Source: Caecitellus pseudoparvulus
Lineage: Eukaryota > Protista > Bigyra: Bicosoecida
Reading direction: 5' to 3'
Assembly: GCA_965644315.1 (NCBI GenBank)
Contig: CBFFRQ010000067.1
Span: 682,001-746,000 of the forward strand
Length of the DNA stretch: 64,000 nt
Shown here: one piece after another, positions 10,867 through 23,219 of the stretch
How positions within the stretch are numbered: position 1 is the first letter of the stretch
Layout of the letters: the number at the start of each line of letters is the position of its first letter
Translations under genes and position numbers: made by a program
The notes under the pieces: generated by a model
What the model was told of the DNA's origin: nothing
Seen by the model: the letters and a program-made list of their open reading frames with translations, nothing else
Database searches by the model: none

Positions 10867-11213
10867 ATGGCTGGGCAAGGCACCCAGGCGAAGACTCTCC
10901 GCGTGCACCTTCTGACAGGTCTATTCACTGATGTTACATGGTCGTCCGCTTCAACTGTGGAGGTGAGGAAGGCTTTCTTGATGCCTGCAGCAGCCCGGAG
11001 CAGAGCCCAGCTAACATGGCTCGATGCCAGATCACAGCAGCTTCCTCTCCCCCACGGCAGGAAGTGCAGCAGGCCATCGCAGAAGTGAGCGGGAAGCCAG
11101 CCGATTCCTTTGAGGTGCTGAGGTATGGCGAGCCGCTGGGGGCTGCCTCGGCCACTCTGGCCTCTCTGGGCATCGTGAGTGGAGATACAGTGCGGATGCG
11201 GCGCGTGCTGTGA
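10867..11213 (+). CDS. Small ubiquitin-like protein (~82 aa) without C-terminal di-Gly; exons 10867-10962 and 11061-11213
   Basis: A 98-nt GTGAGG..CAG intron joins two short ORFs into KTLRVHLLTG..STVE|EVQQAIAEVSGKPADSFEVLRYGEPL..TLASLGIVSGDTVRMRRVL, which is collinear with the ubiquitin beta-grasp pattern. Confidence 0.7.
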
Positions 11214-11732
11214 ATCGGCCGCACGATGAAAGTGGGCAGGCAGTTCTGGAAAACGCATGATCATGCCGTGCGTGTGTGGCGTGGGGGAGGGGCGGAGAAT
11301 CCCGCCACGCTTGCAGAGACGAGTCAGGGGCACCCTTGTGCATGCGGCAAGTCAACGCCAGAAGGTGGAGGGACAGCAGGCTTCGATGCCGCACTGTACA
11401 AGTGCTGCTGGCACAGGGAAGCCGCCCAGCCTGCCCTTCGGCATGGCAACCAATGCATGTAACATATTTTCAGCCTTCCCACTGCACCACGTGGAGCGCT
11501 GTCCGCCCTGGTGCCACCGGCTGGGTGTGGGCTTGGCAAGTGATTGGTACTCAGAAACGCACACCCCTCACAGCGCACTCACCAGCCCATGCACTCCAAA
11601 ACCCAAACCCTCCTCCCGTGGCAAGCCCTTCCTCACAGTCTCCACACGTATCCCACCTTCCCTAGCCGCTAAAGGCGGCATACGGAAGCAAACGCGAGGG
11701 GTGCGAAACGTCCAGCTGGTGCGGCAGCCAGC

Positions 11733-13946
11733 ATGGCTCACGAAGGCGGTGGTGGCCCTCGGGGCGGTGCTGGCGAAGATGAAGACGCCCCCATCGACGT
11801 GCGCAAGCTGCTGGAGCAACACAAGCTGTCCAGGGTGCACAATGCTGCCGACATCATTGCAAAGACCACCTGGCTCTCGGAGGATGGGCCGGAACTGACC
11901 ACTCTGGCAGCTGCCACACGCGCCTTGCGCCACGCAGCAAGAGGTGCGTGCGCCCGGTTCTGCGTCACGGGCCTACCTGCAACGCTGGGACTTGCTAGGC
12001 GCCCACAACAGCGCCTGCCTGACCCCATTTGGCGTGCACTTACGGCATCGGAAACGGCTGTGAATGTCGCGGTGTGACGGCGCACACGAGGCGGCTTGCC
12101 ATGTGCGCCGCCTCGCGTGCAGCCAGGTTTCTTTGCCTCATCACTGGTACCATATAGTGTTGCGATTGCAGTGGGAGTGGCGTGTGCCGGGTTCCGCGTG
12201 CCTGCCTGCACCTGCGTACACCTGCCATGCTCGACGCTGCCATGCAAGGCGCCGCCGTCACCATGTGCTGCTGCCGCCTCCCTGCACAGGCGGCACAGAG
12301 GACAGTGCCAAGGCCATCGAGGCCATCAAGGCCTTGACAGCAAAGGACGCAGCTCCAGGCGCGTTGGCGGCAGCCCTGGACATGCCTGACGCTCGTGGCA
12401 ACACTGCGCTCATGCTGGCAGCCAGATGGGGCAACATCCGCCTCGTGGAGGAGTTGGTTGCCCTGGGCGCCAACCCAAATGCTGCGGCCTGCTACTATGA
12501 ATTTGGGCCCAGTGTGGACCCATCCCGGGCGGAAGCAGACGTCGGGCGAGGCGCCAACGGCGAGCGGGGTTTTCGGTGCCTCACAGCGGACGTGCTCACT
12601 GCCCCCGACTTGCGGGCCGATGACGTGCTCACTGCGGCCCTCAAGCCGCCTGATGGCAGCGCCAAGAGCCGTCGGTCACACCGCAATGCGACGGGCGAAG
12701 CGACGCTGACTGGGGAGGGCAAGGAAGCCAAGAAGTTGCTGTACCCAACGTGGGGCCAACTCATCGTTGAAACGCCCCTGCACAACGCTGCCGAGCAAAC
12801 CCGCGGCGCGCTGGCTGCCATCCTGGCGCGCGAGGGCGTCTGTGTCAACTTGGCCATTTCGCCCGAAGGCTGGACACCCCTGCATGTGGCTGCCAACACC
12901 GTCAAGCTTGGGCAACTGTGCGTTCCGTTGCTGCCGATGGCGCTGCCTGGCCTGGCTTTCCTCATGCACCCGCACCCTCCTCCCCTCACAGATCCGCCGT
13001 GGAGATGCTGCTGAGCAAGGGCGCCTGTGTGAACGCCAAGGACTCCATCGGGATGACACCCCTGGCATGGGTGTGCACGAGCCCCCGCCCACCCAACCTC
13101 CGCCCCGCGGCAGAGGAGGTTGCCATGGCCCTCATCCGAAACGGCGCCGTGGTGAACGGACCAGTGGACCACAGTGGCTCCACCTGCCTGCACGGCGCGG
13201 CTGTGCTCGGGTACTCTGCCGTCGCTGAGGAATTGGTCAAGGCTGGCGCCGACATGGAGGTGCAGGGGGAGAGCGGGCTGACACCGCTGCTGGTCGCCCT
13301 CAGCGTGTCCCGGTCTCAGGCTGCCCTCACCCTCATCCGCCTGGGCGCCGACGTGAACAAGCGCCGGCGGGAAGGGCGCAGCACTGCGCTGCACTGGGCA
13401 GGTGGCAATGGCAACGAGGCGGTGGTGGCGGCACTGCTCAAGGCGGGGGCCAGCGTGAACGCCCTGGACCACCACTGTGTGTCCCCCCTCCTCGCAGCCG
13501 CCGCGCGAGGCCAGCTGCAGGCCTGCCGCATCCTCACCAGGTGGGGGGCCAACGACCGCCTGTACAACCTTGACGGCCATGCTCCGTACAGCCTGGCCCG
13601 CCTCAAGGGCTACGGCGCCACGGCGCAGTTCCTGGAGCGGTACCGCCGCCACATCCGGCCCTGGCGCCACGGCGTCATGGCCTTCCGGGCGCAGGTGATG
13701 GAGCAGCAGCCCGCCTTGAAGGAGAAGATTGCGCGGGAGTGGCGCACATCGCAAGAGACACTGCGGGAGCGGGCTGGGGCGGGACCCAGCAGGTACACGG
13801 GGGCGGGCGGTGCCAGCACCTTCGCAGGCAGTGTCAGGGGGGGCGCCCCCAGCGAAGTCACCAGCTCATCACACCGCTCTCCGCCAGGTGGGAGCCGGGG
13901 TGCTGGTGCTTCGGTTGCCGCCACCACTGCCGCGGTGAGGCCGTAG
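11733..13946 (+). CDS. Ankyrin-repeat protein; exons 11733-11943, 12290-12917, 12992-13946
   Basis: GNTALMLAARWGN, GWTPLHVAA, GMTPLAW, GSTCLHGAA, GLTPLLVA and STALHWAGGNGN motifs. Frames are joined by GTGCGT..CAG introns (346 and 74 nt) with correct phase. Confidence 0.85.
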
Positions 13947-14062
13947 CCTTTGCTGTGGTGGCCGGGGGACAAGAACGCCGCCCCGGCTCTGGTGTTGGTA
14001 CATACAATGCAGTTTTCTCATGCACTGTGCGCAGGCAAGCATGCATTCCCCGCCCGCGCAGC

Positions 14063-14695
14063 TCACAGCATGTCCATGCCAAAGCCCAAGCGCTGCTTGA
14101 TGCCGCCGAAGATGTACTGGCCCCAACCCTTGGTCACTGTCTCCAGCACGCCCTGGTGGCCGAACTTGTCCGTGGCGGGAATGCCTTCCTGCTGCAGCTC
14201 CACGACACAGGTGCCAGGGCTGGAGCTAGAAATTGTGATGGTCACCTTCGACGCGTCGCCCTCTGCCCAGGTGCTGAAACGCCACGATGTGACGATCTCC
14301 TCCCCCCGCTTCAAACTCTCATACTTCCCCGACACTGCACCGTCCATGATGCTCCACTCCGCCCCTTCCTCTGCCTTGCCTGTCGCTGGTGCTCCGGTGT
14401 ACCGCTGCGCCGAGAAGTGGCAGCGGAGCAACGTGCGCCAGGCAAGCGACTACCCACAGCGCCCGCCAAACGCACCATGATGTCCCGCACGTCCGTCAGG
14501 GCGTCATACATGACCTCTGCTGATGCGTACACCTTAGCAGACAAGCTGTACGACTTGTACTCCTTCTTCTCGGCTCGCACGCCTGCGATGAAATCGACCA
14601 GCGTGCGGAAAATGACCTGCCCACACTTCTCGAACAAAGCTCGCTATGCGCGCCTTGATAGTCTGCCAGGAGCACTCACGCAGGCCGTCCATCAT
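14063..14695 (-). CDS. AHA1: AHSA1/START-like domain protein (Hsp90 activator Aha1 C-domain); exons 14695-14680, 14582-14476, 14404-14063; 5' end uncertain
   Basis: Spliced ..YDALTDVRDIM|RYTGAPA..WSIMDGAVSGKYESL..IVTSWRFSTW..SKVTITI..LQQEGIP..GWGQYIFGGIKQRLGFG matches the Aha1 C-terminal domain. Introns of 97 and 71 nt are in phase. Confidence 0.8.
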
Positions 14696-15153
14696 GGCAG
14701 GTTCAGCCTCCTTCCCCTCCTTTCCCTCCTGCGCATAAGCAGCCATGCCCACTTGTTTAACTTGCCCGCAGCCAGGTGCTTCCCTGTGCACAGTCAACAA
14801 AAGCAGCCGTCAACGCTGTGGTGCCTGCAAGCAACATTCCGCTGATGGTGGCGATATTGACCGATTTGTCGCAGTTTGTTATTTGGCGTCAACTTGGGAA
14901 TGCACCTGCAACTGCAAACTTGGTCAAGCAACCGACCCTCACACCCTGCCACGTGAACAAGCGCTATCCATTCGCGGTCCCGATTCAAATCCCCTCCTCG
15001 GACATGATGTGGTTCGGGTAGGCACGGTACCGCTCTGTCTACCTGGCTTTCTCGATTTCTGCGCCTGCGTCCCTTGTTAGCTGCATCCAGGAGTAGTTAT
15101 CGCCAGGCGCGGCCAGCGGAAATTGACCACACGCAAACCGATTTCTGCAAGAA

Positions 15154-16470
15154 ATGGCTGCAAGCTCCTCTCAGGACAAGGGCAGGCGGTGGATGGGCGC
15201 GTGCCTTACTTCATGGCCTCGATTCGCCGCCATCCTCGGGCTGGCGGTGCTGTGTGTGGTCGTCGTGGCCATGATTGGCCGCGGCGACACACCCACCGGC
15301 GTCGACTCTGCAAACGGCCCAGCTGGCGCGGAGCACGCCCCTATCAGCAGCGGCGGAATCCTGGCACCCCCTGCAGCTGGAAAAGCGCCATCGGATGCGT
15401 TTTTGCGTGGAAAGACGCCGCAGGACGGCCCGAAGCCCAGCTCCAACCTGCCCAACTCGGCTGTGGCAGGCCTCAGCGCGACCAAGCCACCCAAGCCAGC
15501 AGCTGACTCGGTGGCAGCCAAGTTCAAGGCTGCTTTCCCAGATGCCCCGGCAGTGCAGGTGCTCGTGCTGACCTACAAGCGCGTCAAGCCCCTGGGCAGA
15601 CTGCTCAAGAGCCTCAAGGACGCGAACTACACGGGCCTGCCCCCCCACCACCTGCGGGTGTGTGTGGACCGCCCCGCGAAGGACCCCGTACACACGGAGG
15701 TGCTCGACTCCCTCAAGGACTTCGACTGGCCCCACGGCAACTTCGAGGTGGGCCTGCAGCGGGAACACCAGGCCTTGGCGGGGCAGTGGATCAATTGCTG
15801 GGACGGCGCCAGCATGGAGCGGCAGTTCGCACCGTCCGGGTCCCCCCCCATGGATGACTCTGCCGCCTCCATCAGCATGGTCCTGGAGGACGACATGGAC
15901 GTGTCGCCCCAGTGGGCTCAGTGGCAGGTGCGCGCTGCCATCGCCTACCGAGACAACAAACAAATCCAAGGCTTCAGCCTGCAGCGTCCCCAGATCCGGG
16001 CAGTGGACGCCCAGCCGGTGCAGAAGTTCCTGCCGTCTGGCCAGCTCGTCGTGGGATACCGCCTGCTGGGCTCGTGGGGCTACGGCGCCTACCGTAGCAT
16101 GTGGCGGAAGTTTGTAGCATGGCAGAAGGCGGCCGCGGCGGCTGATGAGGATCCCAGCGTGCCAGGCCTGGTCATGTCGCGGTGGTGGGCCAACTTCAAG
16201 CGCACAGGCCGCACGCACACCATGTGGACCATGTGGTTCATCAAGTACTGCGCCGACAACGACGTTTTCACGCTGTTTGGCAACCTGGGCGGCCGCAACG
16301 CGTGGGGTGCGAACTGGCGCGAGGCTGGGGAGCACTTCAGCGGCAAGAGCCCAGGGCCAGATTCAGACGTCATCAAAGTGTGGAAGCCTGAGTATGGAGT
16401 GTTCCCCGAGAAGCCCTACCTCATGGACTGGAGCGGCGAGGAGGTGAAGCTTTCTCGGGCACTGCGTTGA
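15154..16470 (+). CDS. Type II membrane GT-A-fold glycosyltransferase
   Basis: N-terminal TM anchor, Pro/Ala stem, 'VLVLTYKR..LGRLLKSL', 'VCVD', and a DxD-type 'VLEDDMDVSP'; strong GC3 bias. Confidence 0.85.
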   Translation: MAASSSQDKGRRWMGACLTSWPRFAAILGLAVLCVVVVAMIGRGDTPTGVDSANGPAGAEHAPISSGGILAPPAAGKAPSDAFLRGKTPQDGPKPSSNLPNSAVAGLSATKPPKPAADSVAAKFKAAFPDAPAVQVLVLTYKRVKPLGRLLKSLKDANYTGLPPHHLRVCVDRPAKDPVHTEVLDSLKDFDWPHGNFEVGLQREHQALAGQWINCWDGASMERQFAPSGSPPMDDSAASISMVLEDDMDVSPQWAQWQVRAAIAYRDNKQIQGFSLQRPQIRAVDAQPVQKFLPSGQLVVGYRLLGSWGYGAYRSMWRKFVAWQKAAAAADEDPSVPGLVMSRWWANFKRTGRTHTMWTMWFIKYCADNDVFTLFGNLGGRNAWGANWREAGEHFSGKSPGPDSDVIKVWKPEYGVFPEKPYLMDWSGEEVKLSRALR

Positions 16471-16838
16471 AACCGCGCCTGTGGTCGTGTATTCCAATGC
16501 AATGCCATGGACACTGCCACGGTCCACTTGGTTTTGGTGGGTGTGTTTAACGGAGTGTGGTGGTGGTTCAAGGCTTGTCCAAGGCTTCCATGTAAGTGCT
16601 TTCACACGAGGAGCAAGAAGCTTCAGTGACTCAAACATCTCTCTGCTTCGGTCTCTCACTTGCACAGCATTTCACGCTCCTGGCCACGGAATCCCTACTT
16701 TGGCAAATTTAACGTATGCCTGCAGGTGAGCACCGGGCAGCACACTCCATGCACTCCCAAGTGCATTCCCTCACCCACTTCACACGCTGAGTTGGGGCTG
16801 TCAAGGTTGGGCGTGTGATTTGGGCCAGGCTGGCCCTC

Positions 16839-18658
16839 ATGGCAGTGACCAAATGGAGCAGCGCTGCGAAGTGGAGGTGGTTTAGCGTGATGCTGCTGGG
16901 GTTGATGATCGAATGGGGTGCGATCTACATCTTCCTTGTTCCCTTACTCACACGGTTTGGCGCCTCGCCTGTCGTGGCCTCCTTCGCTTGGTGCGGTCGT
17001 TTCACACACGTTTCGAGCTGTGCAGCCCTCATTTGAGCGCAGCCCCCCCCCCTCATTCTTGTGCGTGCAGGATTCCATCACCACTCATTCAGCTCGTGCT
17101 GGGCCCTTGGTTGGGAAAACGCAGCGACGCCCTCCCTGATTCAGGCGTGCTTGGGAGGCGACTTCCATTCCTCATCGGGCTGGCTGGGACGACAGCTCTG
17201 CTGCTGGCTGTCTTCCCGTGGCTGCCGCGTCTCGCCGGCGGCGTGGTGCCGCAGCCCAACTCCCCCGCCCAAGTGCCCGTCATCATCCTCCTCATCCTCG
17301 CCACTGTCATTCTGGACTGCTCCAGCTCCCTGCAAGAGGAGTTCCTTCGTGCGCTGGTGCCCGACCTGGCCACTGGCGCAGGCCCCGGAGCAGTTGCCCA
17401 GGGCCACGCGACGCTGAGCGTGGCAGCAGGCATCGGCCAGGGGGCAGGGTATGGCCTCGGCGCTCTTCCATGGGCCTCTCTGCTCGGCCACTCCGAGGCG
17501 CGCGGTGTCGCAGTAGCCACAGGCGGCTCCGGTGCGGCCACGCTGGCTGTCCTCTATGCCGCGCTGGCTCTGTATTTGATCTGTTGTGTCGTGGGCATCA
17601 GTACTGCGGTGGCGTGGCGACAACAGCGCCGTGCACAGGTGGTGCTTGCTCCTGTGCAGCCAGACCTGCCTGTCGCCCTGCCACCGCTCGCCATCAGTGA
17701 CTCCGGCAACGCACCACTGCACCTGGCGGGCACCCCCCTGACTCCTGACCTACTGCGACTGTGTGCACATCAGTTTTTGGCGGCGCTGGTGCTGTGGCCT
17801 GTGTGGTCCTTCAGCACTGCGTTTTTTGGGGAGTCAGTGTTTGGAGGTGACTCCCAGGCGCTGCCAGGCTCCGCTTCTGCGAAGCGATACGCCTTGGGCG
17901 TGCAGGTGGGCTCAGGCGCTCTGGGCTGCATGTCTCTTTTGGCTGCCTGTGCCTCTCTGGTCTTGCCACGCCTGCTGCAGCTGGGCCGATCGGCTGCTGC
18001 GACCTGCCCAGATGGCCCAGGCAGCGGAGCGCGGGACACCACAGCACTGCTGGCAGGGGAGGAAAGCAGCCAGCACCTCCCCACCGGCAAAGGACGCTTT
18101 TTGCAAGGGAGCGTGTTTGTCCTTGCCCAGGCAGCGGTGGCTGTGGTGCTGGGAGGCGCGGCGGTGGGGGGAGTCGCTGCCCGCCCTCCACACCCTGCAC
18201 AACCCCTGCCGCCACACACAATCCTCATGGCAGCTGCCGCCTTTGTCGGAGTGGCCCTCACGGGACTGTGCTGGGCTGTGAACAATGTCTACGCGTTTGC
18301 ACTGTTGCCGACCACACTGCCTTCCCAGCACATGCCGCATGAGCCCTCGCCAGACCAAGGTGTGGACGGCACAGAGCCAGCGCACAGCGACACCGAAGCA
18401 ACCCCCCTCCCACGCAAGCCAGGGGCTGAGAGCGAGCGCCCTATGGCCCTATACACGAGTTTACTGTACTTGAGCCAGACCATGCCCCAGGTCATCGCCG
18501 CCCTCGCGGTGGGGCCCCTGGCACAGTACACTGCCGTGGGCTTTGGCGGGCCCATGATCCTGGCTGCTGGCGCTGCTGCCTTGACTGCCGCCACCGCCAG
18601 CACTTGCATGTGGCCTTTGCTCAGTTCAGACCGTCTTGGCATGCCCCTCCCTGGCTAG
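16839..18658 (+). CDS. SLC45/sucrose-transporter (SUT)-like MFS carrier; exons 16839-16990 and 17071-18658
   Basis: An 80-nt intron gives ..ASFAW|IPSPLIQLVLGPWLGKRSD..GRRLPF. Also 'ILD..RALVPDL', 'FFGESVFGGD..YALGVQVGSGAL' and 'PQVI'; about 12 hydrophobic segments. Confidence 0.85.
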
Positions 18659-19165
18659 CTGCGCGGGGTGGTGAGGGAGATGCAAGGGCTTGTCAAGAGG
18701 GGGGTTGAAGGGGGCGTCCCCACTTCACATTCGCGCATTTCAGTTCGCCCAGCTCATGCAAACTCCGAAAACCGCCGACAAGTGAAGCTTCCGGCATTGA
18801 CCAGCTTTGCTTCCCAATGCCTTCGGGGAATAGCCTTGGAAGCAGGTTGTGCATGTGCCACGAGTGCTGACACCAGAGGTCGGCTTCATGTCATTTTTCA
18901 TACAGGTGCGTGCTCAGTGCAGAGCAAGTGCAGGTGTCGTGTGCAATGAAGAAAACCTTGTCTTAAGTACGCTAGTGATGAGACTTTCACCTCCTACTCA
19001 TTCTCGAGCACACTCTGTGGCGTTGTGTCTTGTGGCTGGTGCCAGAACAACTTCCGCACCTCACTCTGCACCTACCTGCTCCTCCACAGACACCCCGGCT
19101 GGTTGCACAGCACCTGGGACTGAGTTTCTCAACTCAACTTGCATTGCCACACGCCCTCCTCTGCC

Positions 19166-21963
19166 TCACTGAATGCAACACGAGTCTGCCTCGGCTGCGC
19201 CTTGGGCGTCGTGTGCCCCAACTTCCCACGCAGCAATGGGCGCTCCAGCGTGCCATACACACGCACCAGAAGGACCCCGCACGCCCAGTAGGTAGTTCTG
19301 ACAGAGGTGCAGGCTGCCCATGAAGTTGTTCGTCCTCGACACGCTCAGGTGGCCTGCGGGCAGGTCCCGCAACGGTCCCTCCGCCCGCCGCCCAGCTTGC
19401 AGCCGCCGCCAGTGATGTGCCACTGTCAAGTGCAGCTGACCAAGACTCCACAGGGCTGTGCTATGCAGCACGTCTACAACGTACACCTTGCACGCCTGGT
19501 TGCATGAGATGCTGACAGCGGCGAGGCCGGTTGAAGCGTCGAAATCTGCAGCGCCGATGCGGCACGCCGAGCTATAGTACCTGGGCGCCGCTTGTTCCGA
19601 GCCAGGGGCAACGGTCGGGAACAATGCTGCTCTGAAGGTACCTGCTGTGTTCCCCGTGATGATTTCTCCAGCATGCGTGAAGGCCACGAGCGCCCCAGAC
19701 CTGGCGTCTCCGCACGTGCCAGGAAGAATCTGCGCAGTGTCGCCTCCCAGCGCAAAGCCAGGCACAGCACTCCACCCTTGCCCAGCCTCACCCGGCATCG
19801 CTCCTCGTGTGGCCACATCCCACACTGCTGTGGGGGGCAGTGGCAGCAGGCCTGTGGCTGCCATCACCGCCAGAGCCTTCGCCGAGTCACTCGGTGCGCT
19901 GAGGGAAGCCTGCGCAACGCAGGAGCCACCGCGCGGCAGCGGCAGCTGCTGCGCAGTCAGCCACTCTGCAGGCGCCTCCGCTGCAGTTCCCGCAGCTGCA
20001 GCTGCTTCGCCTGGCTGTGCAATCTGTGGCATGGAGCAGCAGCCACCAACCCCTCGCCACACGAGCACTTCTCCGCTGTACGTTCCGGCCGTGACAGTCA
20101 CGCGGTCCAGCAGGCGCAACAGGTCAGGGTCTGTGACACTGGGCTGAGCAGGCAGGGCTGTGTAGGTGTGCAGGCCGGACGTGGCCGCACCGTCTCCTTG
20201 GTTTGCGCCCGCCTCGCCGGCCCACACCGCTTCGCAAGCAGCATCGCCACTTGGGAGGACGCTTTCCAAAGGCCCTGGGAAGTACAGGCTGTCAATGCAC
20301 TGAGGCGGGACACGTCCAGCCTCTGCATCCACCTTTGACACCTTGCGCATGACAGTGCACCGCGCTGGGCACCCGTTCACGCCCAGCAGGCCTGCCACGA
20401 GTGGCGGCGAGCGGAGCGTTTCCTCTGGCAGCGTGGCGTGCTCAAAGGGGCCCAGTCCAGCAGCCAGGTCTTCAGGCAATTCAACCCGCGGGACTGGGTC
20501 AGTTTGGTGCAGTGGGTCATACAGGACAGTGTGACTGTGGAAGGCCGTGCGAGTGTGCAGCCTGGCAGTGTCCGCTGGGGCCGGCGCTTGCTCGAGTCCG
20601 GTTTGCGTCTCACCCCCCAGCGACAGGGACAAGGACGTGATTACCAAAGACTTGTCTCGTCGCAAAGTGCGCTGTTGGCGGGTCCAAGCCTGGCCCAGGG
20701 CCATGGCGGGATTGACTTCCCCGGGGCCAGCGCTGGACGTCCAAGTCGCTGGCCGTGCCAGGTAGCGCAGGACGTTTCCGTCGAGGGCATTGAACAGGAC
20801 GATGAGCCCATTCGAAAGCCCCACAGCGGCCAGCACGACACGAGTCCCTGAAGAGGCACCTCGCAAGACTGGATGGGCCAAGTCTCCTGAACCCACTCCT
20901 GTCGCCGCTGCGTCTGCCCATGGCGAGGGATTTTCTTTCGATGCGGAAAGTGGCGCAAGGTGCATGCAAATTGGCTCAGTGCTGGAGCTTGGCTTGGCTT
21001 GTGCACGATCACATAGCACGTGCCCTGCTGTAGCGCGCTGTGGCAACACCAGGTACGTGGTGCGTGAGTCTCCCTCGGCACCCCACCAAATCTGGGCGGC
21101 ATGCAGCATGCCACCTGCTCCCACCTGCGTCCCAGATCGCAGCAGGCAGGAAGCGGAGTGGTGCCACACACGATCTTGCACCTTTTCCAAGGTTGAGAAG
21201 TCTGCGCCTGCCTCTTTGACTGTTCGTGCCCAGTCTTGGCCCGTGGCGCTGGGCTGCACCTGTCCTGTCACTGCGTTCACAGCCAACACCCCTGCACTAA
21301 CTGCCACGTCGGCGCGAATAGCTTGCAGCTGTGGACCAGGCTGCCTCTCAAATTTATGTTTGGATCCTTCCAACTTCATGAAGGGCAAGGTGAAGCGTTT
21401 CGCACTGAACATACCAAGCACAGTGGGAGGAGCGCCTGCGGCTGCGGGGTCCAACAGCGACAGTGGCTTGCCGCCCATACACGCGTCCAGCACCAACTGG
21501 TCCGTCACGAGGCACTGCACGGCTGCAGTGCCTTGAACAGATACCCGGCACGCCGTGCCGTTCCGCGGAAAGGAGCTCATAGGCTCGTCCTCGTCCGGCG
21601 TGGGCAGGCCACTGGCTGCGGCCGCAAGCCAGGCTCTGCGGGCGCGAAAGTTGGCCAGCTGCAGGCTTCTAACGGAGAAGCTGCGCTCAGCAGCGTCCAG
21701 AGTGCCGGGGCATGTCAGCCTTGCTCGCTCTCTCCACAGGGTCTCGTGCCGCACGGCTGCACTCCAGCGCAGGCAAACCTGGCAAATGAGGAGGAAGCGC
21801 CTGAGATTGCAACAGTGCATCGTGGAGCGCGTGGAGCCAATAAGCTTACCAGGGCATAGTGCTGCAGGTCCTCGTCAAGGAGAAACTCAGTGATGGCAAC
21901 GTGGTGCGTCAAATCCAAGGCCTGAGCTGCAACGGAGGCAGCCTCGCCGGCACCAGCCGCCAT
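19166..21963 (-). CDS. F-box protein with degenerate WD40-like body and C-terminal CaaX (CCIQ); exons 21963-21850 and 21778-19166
   Basis: A 71-nt GTAAGC..CAG intron gives 'AITEFLLDEDLQHYAL|VCLRWSAAVRHETLWR' (F-box pattern). WD-like strands 'LAAVGLSNGLIVLFN' and 'VTAGTYSGEVLVW'; ends DSCCIQ*. Confidence 0.7.
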
Positions 21964-22422
21964 GATGGTTGGGAAACGATGGTGAAACGGCAGGTGCACC
22001 TTCAGCCGGCTTGTGTTGCCTGAAACTGGGCTGGCAAAGCGAGTGCAAGCAAGTGAAGATCTACCTTGTGCGCGTTTTGTTGAAAGGACCAACCTTTTGC
22101 TGAGAGGGCAACTGGCACACCCCCTCATCGACCCATGCAGCACTGTCCGAGAATTGCCAGCAACACGTCTCCTGCTGAACACCCAAGCTCACTCTCGCGC
22201 ACAGCATTCCAGGCTTCACCGGCCCGTAACCACTACCTAGACGCAGGGACGAGGGGCGCTGCACTCGCCTGTTTCGGCCTCTCAATGTGCATTCTGGCTG
22301 GCCCCAGTTGGCATGCCACTTGTCCAACCACCGGTCGACTGCACATGCCTGCTGCACGAGCACCGTGCATCGATGTGCATCAAGGCTGACTTCAAGCGCA
22401 ACTCAAGCGTGCCCAGCCACTC

Positions 22423-23008
22423 TCAGGCCGGGTAAGGCTGCAGGATGTCTTCACTGGTCAGGTGCAGTGCGTTGTACACGGCGGTCCACGTGAGGACAAA
22501 GAGCGCCACTGACGGCATGAGAGCCTCTGTGAGCAGCTCCTGTCCACCTCCGAATGAGTCAACGTCCACCTGCAGGTACCCCGTGTAGTATGCCAATGGG
22601 GGCAGGAGGATGAGGGCCAGGCCGCTGTGCAGGGGGAACGAGAAGCCTCTGAGGGTGCTGGGGCAGTGGCAGGTGTGCGGGGCGCGGGCCAGCCTCACCC
22701 GCCGAAGCCAGCAGTGCCAGTGAGGCCCACTACCCCGATGATGATAGCAGCCAAGATGGAAAGGCCTGCCCGCATCCAGAAAATGACATCCTTCAACTCC
22801 GGGAAGTCGTCCTGTGCCAGGCAGGCCAGTGCAAAGTGGGCCAGCGTTCCGCCAGCGTTTCATGTGCCCCGCTGCTGGCAAGGGTGCTGACGCGCAAGAC
22901 TGCAGCGGCCAAGCCAAGAAGCCAGCAGAGCCAACCCACCTTAGTGTACCCAGCATCATACCTCAGCGCCATCTGCACGATTTCCTGCACGGACTTCTGC
23001 TTCGCCAT
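22423..23008 (-). CDS. RAB5IF: Rab5-interacting family protein (C20orf24/RAB5IF/OPTI, EMC6-related); exons 23008-22940, 22811-22699, 22624-22423
   Basis: Spliced 'ELKDVIFWMRAGLSILAAIIIGVVGLTG..YYTGYLQVDVDSFGGGQELLTEALMPSVALFVLTWTAVY' follows the family pattern; both introns are GT-AG and in phase. Confidence 0.85.
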
Positions 23009-23219
23009 GGTGTCTTGGCTTGCTGGATGTCGCTGGTGTGTGGTGTGGTCGGGGGGGCGCTGGGTCAGCTGCCTGTGTGGGCTGTGAACGACAATGCTGC
23101 CTCAAGTTGCGCCTCAGAGCAGGTAGTCTTGCTGGGGCTGGAAAGTGTGGCGAGTACGGCTCCGCGGCACGTACAGACACAGGGTGCATTCAGAAAGAAA
23201 TAGAATCAACGCAAGCACT

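Noticed and set aside
14975-15005. 'gattcaaatccc' resembling a tRNA T-loop
   Set aside because: The flanks do not pair into a T-stem and no cloverleaf can be built.
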